A stretch of DNA of 64,000 nucleotides from Octopus sinensis. Its lineage: Eukaryota. The stretch lies in contig NC_043002.1 of the NCBI RefSeq assembly GCF_006345805.1, forward strand, positions 77,128,001-77,192,000, given 5' to 3'. The notes beneath the pieces are model-generated. The model had not been told where the DNA came from. It searched no databases and saw nothing but the letters and a program-made list of their open reading frames with translations. A program made the position numbers and the translations under genes. This document shows, one piece after another, positions 11,555 through 21,612 of this stretch. Numbering within the stretch: position 1 is the first letter of the stretch; each line of letters begins with the position of its first letter.

Positions 11555-11666
11555 TGACTACTGACATTGTAATTTTTTGCGTGAAGAATTGGACATTCTC
11601 TGGTAGCATCAATTTGGTATCATTGGAGCAAATATTATTGTCATAGTCTGGTACAATAATCATTAT
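11555..11666 (-). CDS. Candidate exon (IMIIVPDYDNNICSNDTKLMLPENVQFFTQKITMSVV), phase 0 to 1
   Basis: Donor gtca|gtaagc and acceptor ccttcccacatataacaatag|; lies in an 89-codon open frame. Confidence 0.3.
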
Positions 11667-12147
11667 CTATTGTTATATGTGGGAAGGAAATGCCATGGAG
11701 TTTAGCTGTATGGAGAATTTTATATAAGTAGTGTATTGCCTGTTGCTTTACATATGGAATAAATATTATTCTGTTTCATTGAAATATTGCGATATTGAAT
11801 AAAGTTACAAAAATCCCTCTATATATAAATGGCAAAATGTCTGTTTGTGTGTGTGTGTGTATCCTTTATAAAAATTCACAATTTTTCAGTTAGAGAGCTC
11901 GCACTTTCTATGGTCATTCAAAACCATCCAAGGGTAGTCGTGCACATCTTTATATTTCCCCAGTCACCCTGCAAAGCCATTAAAAAATCAGAAGAAGTGA
12001 CTTTTTTGTGAATTTTCTATCCAAAACCCAATCAAAATGCCTGAAACTTGATGCACCAATTGAATACCAGCTAGCTTTATGTGATTGGTCAGAGATTTGG
12101 ACAGTACTCGCATGTGTGTGCGCACGCACATAGCTGTATATGCATGC

Positions 12148-12188
12148 ACTAGCACTATGACCTGGCGTTGCCAGGTCATAGTGCTAGT
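12148..12188. repeat. Perfect 19-bp inverted repeat with 3-nt loop
   Basis: actagcactatgacctggc-gtt-gccaggtcatagtgctagt. Confidence 0.95.
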
Positions 12189-12384
12189 TGGAAATAAAAT
12201 ACATATTACTTTTTTACATTTGCATATACCTATATATATATATAACTTTTCTCATCCTCTTTTTTCTTGTCCTCTTTTTACCTTTCTTCTTTCTTTCTAC
12301 TTTCACTTTTCTCTTTTTGTCGCCACCATTTTCACCTATACCAACACACCCATTCCCTTCCGATCATTTCAATATGTGACCACA

Positions 12385-12590
12385 TGTGTATCGTTGGCGA
12401 TTTTCTTTCTCCGTTTTCCCTTCCTTGGACTCTTCCTTTTTCTATGTTTCTGACGAAGAGCTCTGCTCAAAACGTTAAATCCTCCTTCTTTCTTTCCTTT
12501 CCTGAGCGTCCAATAACACTATACTTGTTCTACGTCCTTGTGTTGTTGTGTTTTCTCTTTGTTCATGTTTGGATTAACTATAAATAGCAT
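12385..12590 (+). mobile_element. Penelope-like element terminal-repeat remnant containing a degenerate hammerhead ribozyme (12443-12518)
   Basis: CTGACGA-a-GAGC-tct-GCTC-AAAAC(gtt)...(tgagc)GTC. Hammerhead core with GAAA changed to AAAA. Confidence 0.55.
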
Positions 12591-12689
12591 TAGATATATT
12601 ATATTGAAATGAATGACTTGTAGGGACACAATATTTTGTTTTGCAACAATAATATACTACAGAGTATATTAAGCATTTTCATAAGTTCA

Positions 12690-13010
12690 CTACTGTGTTC
12701 TTCTGTGTTAGCAGTGCTACTGTGTCGCTCATTAAGGTTATCTCTACAGATATTCTTTAGAAATTATAGCCAGTACTGATTTTGTTATGACATTTCATAG
12801 CTGAATTGCCTGATGTAAACAAACAATGAGATCAAAGATGAAAAATAGGTAATGGACGTATGTGACATATTCCAGAAGATTTTCCTCCTTCACCAGTACC
12901 CATCTAACCCTTCAATCATTCATGAACTCATTGCTTAAATAGCCACAAAACAAAGCAGTGTAATGTTATTGGATAGCTATATCTATCCACTCTACTCAGT
13001 GTATTAAACA
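12690..13010. repeat. Ancient unclassified interspersed repeat, with a second copy at about 60320-60610
   Basis: Shared blocks in the same order: gttatctc...agaaattatagc.agta, atcaaagat.gaaaaataggtaa and cattgcttaaatagccac.aaa.a.agcagtgtaa. Confidence 0.65.
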
Positions 13011-13345
13011 TTATAGCGTTATATCAAACAATGTATGCAATATGTAAAATATATATTTCTATATATTTCTATGTATTTTGTTGCACTTAGATTATGATAT
13101 GTGTTCGTGTTATATATTATGCTGTATGCATGTGTGTATACACACACACAGACACACATCATATGCTGGCTTCTGAGCTCAGGTGATTTATCAAAGCAGT
13201 GTCCCCCCCCCACCCGTTCCTATTGATGTATAGTTTGGTTTTATCAATGGATCCATAGGCTCACTGGACCCCAATATTGCAGTACTTATAGCACCTACCT
13301 CAAGACAGCACTGGCCTTGATGTATATATATATATATATATATAT

Positions 13346-13534
13346 ATCTGTAAAATAATATGTGACAATTATTCAATAGCCAAGATAAACACAGGGTGTT
13401 GTGGATTTCCACCTCCGAAACTCAGAGTTTTATCTTGGCTATTGAATAATTGTCACATTATTTTACAGATAAATTTCCTCTATTTACATGATATTGAGGT
13501 CTCTTTCTTTCTTTTGCTATCTTACCATTTTTAC
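13346..13534. mobile_element. Internally deleted copy of the same inverted-repeat (MITE) family that encloses U2 at 5.4-5.8 kb
   Basis: Arms atctgtaaaataatatgtgacaattattcaatagccaagataaa and tttatcttggctattgaataattgtcacattattttacagat. 13471-13534 matches the reverse complement of 5394-5436. Confidence 0.85.
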
Positions 13535-15313
13535 ATCATCATCATCATCATCATTTAACGTCCGCTTTCCATGCTAGCATGGGTTGGACGGTTCAACTGG
13601 GGTCTGGGGAGCCCGAAAGCTGCACCAGTCCAGTCAGATCTGGCAGTGTTTCTACAGCTGGATGCCCTTCCTAACGCCAACCACTCCGAGAGTGTAGTGG
13701 GTGATTTTATGTGCCACCGACACAGGTGCCAGACGAGGCTGGCAAACGGCCATGCTCGGATGGTGTTTTTATGTGCCACCGACACAGGTGCCAGACGAGG
13801 CTGGCAGACGGCCACGCTCGGATGGTGTTTTTATGTGCCACCGACACAGGTGCCAGACGAGGCTGGCAGACGGCCACGCTCGGATGGTGTTTTTATGTGC
13901 CACCGACACAGGTGCCAGACGAGGCTGGCAGACGGCCACGCTCGGATGGTGTTTTTTATGTGCCACCGACACAGGTGCCAGATGAGGCTGGCAAACGGCC
14001 ACGATCGGATGGTGCTTGTTACGTGCCCACAGCACGGAGGCCAGTCGATGCGGTACTGGCTACGGCCACGTTCGGATGGTTTTCTTATGTGCCACGTTCC
14101 ACCGGCACTGGTACCACAAAGATACAAATTCCATTGATGTTCATCTATTTTGATTTGTTTTGATTTTCACTTGTCTCAACAGGTCTTCACAAGTGTCACA
14201 AGAAGGAAGGTATGCACAGGTGGACTGACTACGTCCCAGGTAGGGGCCATGGGTTATGGCCTGACTAGTCTTGCCGGGTCTTCGGATGGTGTTTTTATGT
14301 GCCACCGACACAGGTGCTAGATGAGGCTGGCGAACGGCCACGATCGGATGGTGTTTGTCATGTGCCCACCGCACTGACTACGGCACTGATGGATTTCTTG
14401 TGTGCCACAGGCACTGGTACCACAAGATACAAATTCCATTGATGTTCATCTATTTTGTCTATTTTGATTTGATTTGATTTTCACTTGCCTCAACCGGTCT
14501 TCACAAGTGTTACAAGAAGGAAGGTATGCACAGGTGGACTGACTAGTCTTGCCGGGTCTTCGGAAGGTGTTTTTATGTGCCACCGACCCAGGTGCCAGAT
14601 GAGGCTGGCGAACGGCCATGATCGGATGGTGTTTGTTACGTGCCCACAGCACGGAGGCCGGTCGATGCGGAACTGGCTACGGCCACGTTCGGATGGTTCT
14701 CTTGTGTGCCACCGGCACTGGTACCACAAAGATACAGATTCCATTGACGTTCATCTATTTTGATTTGTTTTGATTTGATTTTCACTTGCCTCAACAGGTC
14801 TTCACAAGTGTCACAAGAAGGAAGGTATGCACAGGTGGACTGACTACGTCCCAGGTAGGGGCCATGGGTTATGGCCTGACTAGTCTTGCCGGGTCTTCGG
14901 ATGGTGTTTTTATGTGCCACCGACACAGGTGCTAGATGAGGCTGGCGAACGGCCACGATCGGATGGTGTTTGTCATGTGCCCACAGCACGGAGGCCAGTC
15001 GATGCGGTACTGGCTACGGCCACTTTCGGATGGTTTTCTCTTGTGTGCCACCGGCACTGGTACCACAAAGATACAAATTCCATTGATGTTCATCTATTTT
15101 GATTTGTTTTGATTTGATTTTGATTTTGATTTTGATTTTCACTTGCCTCAACAGGCCTTCACAAGTATCACAAGGAGGAAGGTATGCACAGGTGGACTGA
15201 CTACGTCCCAGGTAGGGGCCATGGTTTATGGCCTGACTAGTCTTGCCGGGTCTTCGGAAGGTGTTTTTATGTGCCACTGACACAGGTGCTAGATGAGGCT
15301 GTCGAACGGCCAC
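13535..15313 (-). mobile_element. RTE 3'-end copy whose UTR modules have expanded into tandem arrays: five 62-bp units (13705-14015) and four ~305-340-bp units (~13960-15313)
   Basis: (ATC)n tail at 13535-13555 and the same tail sequence as 3900-4093 in reverse. gtgccaccga starts at 13711, 13773, 13835, 13897 and 13960; gataca(a/g)attcc starts at 14121, 14426, 14731 and 15070. Confidence 0.9.
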
Positions 15314-15315
15314 AA

Positions 15316-15645
15316 TATATATATATATATATATATATATTTATTTATTCTTTTATGCACCCTTTTCAAGCCTAGCCAGTCTCTTGGGCCTGGTTTCCTG
15401 GTTTCTGTGGTGTATGTGTTCACCCAAGCTGGACAGGACGCCATTCCATTGCAGCGTTACTCAAGAAACAGGAAGAAAGAGTGAGAGAAAGTTGGGGCAA
15501 AATAGTACAACCGGGGTCGCCAACACCCCCTGCCTGAGCCTTGTTTTCACTCAATAAACACACACAACGCCCGTTCTGGGAATTGAAACCACAATCCTCC
15601 GACTGCGAGTCCACTGCCCTAACCACTGGGCCATTGCGCCTCCAC
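15316..15645 (-). mobile_element. SINE family B
   Basis: Reverse strand: tggaggcgcaatggcccagtggttagggcagtggactcg...gtttcaattccc. Confidence 0.85.
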
Positions 15646-15681
<36 letters not shown>

Positions 15682-15702
15682 ATATATATATACATACATA
15701 TG

Positions 15703-15744
<42 letters not shown>

Positions 15745-16332
15745 TGGGTGTATAGCATGTTTCAAGCATCTAGACACAGTGGAGCCCATTCCTCTCCAGG
15801 TCTAATCATAGTTGACTTCTTCCAGAGAAAGAGAAAGTGGAAAGAGAGAGAGAGAGAAAGTAATATCAACTTGTACATCATTTATCTATTAATGCCAAAG
15901 GGATGAGTATTGTAAGGCATTTTACCCAATGCTTCAGTGATTCTGCTATATCAGTGTGTGTGTGTATGTAATACATAAGCATATATACACACCCTAAAAT
16001 ATACATACACATAAACACAAAGTATATACATACATATGAATATGTACATACGTACGTACGTATGTATATATGTATGTATGTATGTATGCATCAATTTGTG
16101 TATCATACTTAATGCAGATACATCATGGAAAGCCAAGTTAACTGAGGTATCCATCCTGAGATAATATCTCTTACAGATGTACACGGTAAAAATAACATAG
16201 AAATGGATCAGTGACAAATGAAAATTGTCCAACAGTAGCAACAGTGGCTATGTATAAGCAAGCATGGAAAAGTGGACATTAAAATGATGATGACGATGAT
16301 GATGATGTGTGTACATGTGTGTGCATGCATGT

Positions 16333-16388
<56 letters not shown>

Positions 16389-16459
16389 TTAAAGCATTCA
16401 CTCATTACAAGGTCCTTAGACCACTGAAAACGTAAGAGCTACTAGAATAAAATTAACGC

Positions 16460-16625
16460 TAGACAGAAGTCAACAGGTGACAATGTACATTAGACTTAAA
16501 AGACACGAGGTCATATTGAAGAGAAGCACAAAACTGTGGAAAGAAATTCCAAAGTTCAAAGGTGCAAGGGAAGAAGCTGGTGCTATAAAGTGCTTTATGA
16601 CACTTAGGAGGTTGCACAGTATACT
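16460..16625 (-). mobile_element. CR1/L2-type LINE 3' ORF fossil
   Basis: Translates PPKCHKALYSTSFFPCTFELWNFFPQFCASLQYDLVSFKSNVHCHL*, resembling the SFFP.T..LWN.LP...YDL..FKS.V C-terminus of CR1/L2-group RT ORFs. Confidence 0.6.
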
Positions 16626-16878
16626 GATGAGAACTGGATGCAAGTCGAGTTGATATTAGAGGGGATGAAAGGCAAAGCTAACTTTAGCATGATTTGATCT
16701 CAAAATAGGGAGGGCTGGTTGAAAACATATTTGGTTGAAAACCACCAGTTACCAACCATGTCACATAATAATATTTCTTGCTACATAAACATCTGTCTTG
16801 AGTCAGAGATATTCTCTGTCACAGAGACTGATGATATCTTCTAGGCAAAACCTGTTGACAACTGGAACAACCTCTGAC

Positions 16879-17111
16879 CTCAAGATATAAAGAAGGTGAA
16901 GCCACTGTACACAGAATGAGCAGCATCCATACTGTCTGCTGATATATGGAGAGGATAGGGAAAGAGGGTTGTTCTAATTTCCTGAGAGCCAACAGGACAA
17001 AAAGAATCACTTCAGCAAACTTCAAGCCAAGCAAGACGGAAACAACAAAAAGTTGTTAGAAAGAATTCCTTGAGACAGGATGACTTGGAAAGAATTTGTT
17101 GAGGGCTTTGG
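16879..17111 (-). CDS. Ambiguous exon-like block (AKALNKFF...SF*QLFVVSVLLGLKF...SPSLYLE) with one in-frame TAA
   Basis: Very strong acceptor ctttctctttctcag| at 17112; alternative acceptors further inside. The frame is open for about 80 codons after the TAA at 17056-17058. Confidence 0.25.
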
Positions 17112-17215
17112 CTGAGAAAGAGAAAGGGGAGGAAGGAGAGAAAGATCATCATCATCGTCGTCATCATCATTATCATCCTCCTCATTATCCTCATTATCAT
17201 GCTGTTGTGACATAC

Positions 17216-17272
17216 CTAACAGAAGGATCTTATACAAAATTATGATGGAATGTATCAATTTAAATATAAACA
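17216..17272 (-). CDS. Candidate exon (FIFKLIHSIIILYKILLL), phase 1 to 1
   Basis: Consensus donor tag|gtatgt; weak acceptor aattcaaag| with tctaac upstream. Confidence 0.3.
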
Positions 17273-17386
17273 CTTTGAATTTAGATGTTTTGTATGTTAG
17301 AAACAAAGTCAGTCTCAAGTGGGTTAATGTCAAATGGGTATTAAAATAGAAATTAAACAAACTATTATATGTTTATTTTTTTCTAC

Positions 17387-17487
17387 CTGTTTTGATATAA
17401 TATTGAACAGCCTGCAGGTCTTCTGTTATTTTGTATACACTGGAAGCATCTAATATATATTTGGATAATAAAAACAGAAGAGCGATT
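17387..17487 (-). CDS. Exon of unidentified minus-strand gene (IALLFLLSKYILDASSVYKITEDLQAVQYYIKT), phase 2 to 1
   Basis: Acceptor cattcttacag| and donor cag|gtagaa; phase matches exon 24192-24310. Confidence 0.5.
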
Positions 17488-18095
17488 CTGTAAGAATGCC
17501 TTGCAACTTGTTTACTTTATTCACCATCATGAGATAAATATTGATTAAATGTTTTTACTATTCTTGTTGTCATGACTATTCAATATTATACAAGAAAAAT
17601 TGTCATACAAAGAGTAATTTTCAATGTTGTCCTCATTAGTAATTATTCCCCATTTATTGTTTCATTGGTAAGTTACACAAACAGATGACTAACTTAATAT
17701 AGAGTTTAAGAACATTTTTCAAACATACAAAAGACTCAATATGTTAAAATATAGATTAAAACATTTATCAATGCACAAAGCATCTGACAATTGTACAAAA
17801 CTTTCGAAATCAGCAGATGTAATTCTATTGATCTTTTATTAAAACTATGCATACAGTAATCTCTAGCTGTATTGCAGTTCACCTATTACAGTTTATTATT
17901 TAAGCTTACATTGATTCCTCTATGGTGTTGTTTTGCGTTTATAATAAAATAAATATACACAAATTATTAAAAAAATTTTTAACTATACAATTCAGTACTG
18001 TTTCTACTTAGTGGATTTTCACCCGCAATAGTTAAAGGATTACTGTATATATGTATATGTATGTATATTTCTACCTGTGTGGAATAAAATAACTT

Positions 18096-18142
<47 letters not shown>

Positions 18143-18178
18143 CACACATATATATATATACATATGCATATACATACA

Positions 18179-18214
<36 letters not shown>

Positions 18215-18229
18215 TATATTTATATATAA

Positions 18230-18706
18230 AACAAAGTTATTTTATTCCCCATGGGTAGAAATATATATACACATATATATATATACATATATATATATGT
18301 GTGTGTGTGTGTGTATAAATATGTGTACATATATATGTATACATATATATATATATATATATATACACACATGCACACACACACACACACTCACACACAC
18401 ACACACTCACGCACACACACACACATACACACACACACACACACAAACACACACAAAGGCACCCATGCCGGTGGCACGTAAGAGCACCCATTACACTCTC
18501 GGAGTGGGTGGTGCTAGGAAGGGCATCCAACTGTAGAAAACCATGCCAAATCAGACTGGATCCTGATGCAGCCTTCCAGCATATCAGCCCAGTCAAACAG
18601 TCGAACCCATGTCAGCATGGACAACAGACGTTAAATGATGATGATGATAAGGATATATATATATATATATAACAAAGTTATTTTATTCCCCATGAGTAGA
18701 AATATA
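18230..18706 (+). mobile_element. Short RTE-tail element (18455-18650) between 36-bp direct repeats
   Basis: aacaaagttattttattccccatg(g/a)gtagaaatata at 18230-18265 and 18671-18706; (GAT)n tail at about 18636-18648. Confidence 0.75.
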
Positions 18707-18814
18707 CATACATATATACAGTAATCACTTAACTATCACAGGTGTTACATTCCAAAACCTCCTGCAATAGGATAAAATCCACAAAGTAGAAACAGTATTG
18801 GACACTAAACTCTG

Positions 18815-19310
18815 CTTGCGAAGACCTGTTGAGGCAAGTGAAATTAAAATCGAAACCAAAGTCGATGACTGGCATCCGTGCTAGTGGAGCGCTAAGAGTA
18901 TCATACAAGCATGATCATTGCCAGAGCAGCTAACTGGCTTCCATGCTGGTGACACGTAAAAAGCACCATTCAAGCATGATCATTACCAGCGTTGCCTTAC
19001 TGGCACATGAAAAAACATTCAAGCGAGGTCGTTGCCAGTGCCACTGGACTGGATCCTGCGTAGGTGGCATGTAAAAACATCATTTGTGTGTGGCTGTTGC
19101 AAGTACCGCCTGACTGGTCCTTGTGCCAGTGGCACGTAAAAACACCCACTACACTCTCAGAGTGGTTGGTGTTAGGAAGGGCATCCAGCTGTAGAAACTC
19201 TGCCAGATCAGATTGGAGCCTGGTGCAGCCATCTGGTTTGCCAGTCCTCAGTCAAATCGTCCAACCCATGTTAGCATGGAAAGCAGACGTTAAACGATGA
19301 TGATGATGAT
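18815..19310 (+). mobile_element. 5'-truncated RTE 3'-UTR copy with (GAT)n tail
   Basis: gcttgcgaagac.tgttg.ggcaag.gaaat module as at 3540; tail homologous to 3900-4093. Confidence 0.85.
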
Positions 19311-19358
19311 TTATGTGTATATATAGATAGATAGATAGATAGATAGACAGACGGACGA

Positions 19359-19399
<41 letters not shown>

Positions 19400-20820
19400 T
19401 AGATAGATAGATAAACAGACAGACAGGTAGATAGATGAATATATGTGTATGTGTGCCATATTTGATGGGATCAAAATTGCACTTTTTTTTTACACAAAGT
19501 TGTCTCAAAATTCTCTCCAGGTTCTATATGTGAAGTTAGGCCTATATTACATGCTTTAATGCACTAAGAATGTTTTTCCCTGAATATGTGCTACTTAAAT
19601 TGGGGTTTTTCTAATATGCCTGTGCATCTTTTAAGCTATTACATACAGTATATAATATACATACATGCATATGTGTATATATATACATGTGTGTGTATAT
19701 ACATACATATATGTGTGTGTGTGTGTGTGTGTATGTACTCATGGCTGACTGCTAACAAATTTTTATGCAATGTAAGGATGTTCTATCCTATGTATGCTAT
19801 TCAGCATTATTATTAAGTGTTTGAGAATAAAATATTTCCATATCTGTATATTTCAATACTTCCCAACGCTTCAAAAAATATAGACTTTGCTTGTTCACAT
19901 ATATCATAATATATATATATATATATATACATACATACATACATACATACATACATAAATACATATATGTGTATACAGGTATGTACTGGAAAAAGTATTC
20001 TAGCATTTACCTTCATATAAATTGTAAGTTTAGTAATATATATATACACATATATATAGTGTTTGTATTGAGAATGAGAAAGGTAGACAGATCATTTGTA
20101 ATTTGACTGATTATGTGAAAGTCTGTCTATAAAACTCATTAGAAAGCGAAATTAAAAGAACAAGAAAGACAAGAGAACGAGAGACAGATTTAATAGTGAG
20201 AATGTCTATGTTAAGTGAAAATCACAAACGGAGGGAAAAAAAAATTACGGTGTGTGCAACTGAAAAAAAATTGTTATGTAGGGTTATATAAAAGAGGAAA
20301 ATGGGGTAAGTGGGGGGAAAAGGAAGTGTAAAGAAGGAAAGGATGAGAATAAGTGAATGAAAAAAGTTGTTTGTTACAGTTGAATTAATATTTTTTGTTG
20401 TTTTTTTTTGTTTTGTTTTAGACTTCCTCTTTATTTTATTGCGTTCTAGGTTTTCTATGGGAGTCTGAAATTAATTGCCAATTGATTTCTAGACCAGAAG
20501 CAAATCACCCTATGTGGCGCAATAGTAAATAGATCCAATTTCCCACCGAGTATGCTCACTAGATACCAATAATATTATTTATTTCCATGGAAAGGCCAGA
20601 AGGAAAATGAAAAAAAATGCAAACAAACTAAATGGAGAATATGTGTGTGTGTGTGTGTGAGTGTGTGTGTACATATACACACTCACATATGTATGTAAAT
20701 ACATGCACACACACATTTTCTTTTTACTTTCATATATGTGTGCATATATGTATGTATATGTATACATACATCATACATTTATGTGCGTGTATTTCTATTA
20801 TCAATTACACATACACATGC

Positions 20821-20865
<45 letters not shown>

Positions 20866-21097
20866 CATATATATACATACACACATGTGTATGTGTGTGG
20901 TATATATATATATATATATATACACATACACACACAATATATATATGTACATGCATACACACACACATAGATACAAAATCATTTTCATTAAAAGAATTGT
21001 TAATTTGCAGGTGAAGTTAAATAAGTTATATACACAGGAGATATAGGACAAGTTATAAACAATCACACAAGTGAATACTAGCTATCATCTTTATTAA

Positions 21098-21144
<47 letters not shown>

Positions 21145-21386
21145 TGATCTTGCTTTCTGGTGTGCGATTAGGGGATTAAGAAAGTAAAGAATCTCCAAAA
21201 GACTGTTAAATTTATGTTGCTAATTAGATCAACTCATTTAATATCCCTAGATTAAATGTGCTTAGATATGTTTTATTGATAGGAATGTATACCAGAGAAC
21301 AAATTTATACAACAGAAACAAGAACCAAAAAAACTGCTTGTGTCAGTGACTTGTTTTAAATTTGCATTTCAAATCCACTTCCTTAA

Positions 21387-21612
21387 TTAACACACCCTAC
21401 ATGTTAACACACCCTACATGGCAATACATCCTACATGTTAATACACCCTACATGTTAACACACCCTACATGTTACACACTCTACATGTTAACACACCCTA
21501 CATGTTACACACTCTACATGTTAACACACCCTACATGGCAATACATCCTACATGTTAATACACCCTACATGTTAACACACCCTACATGTTAACACATCCT
21601 ACATGTTAACAC
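21387..21612. repeat. 17-bp minisatellite (ttaacacaccctacatg), 13 units with variant types
   Basis: Direct parsing of units. Confidence 0.95.

Noticed and set aside
13705-15313. CRISPR-like repeat array and the Cys/His-rich ORFs over it
   Set aside because: The units are contiguous tandem repeats with no unique spacers, there are no cas genes, the context is eukaryotic, and the sequence derives from the RTE 3' UTR.
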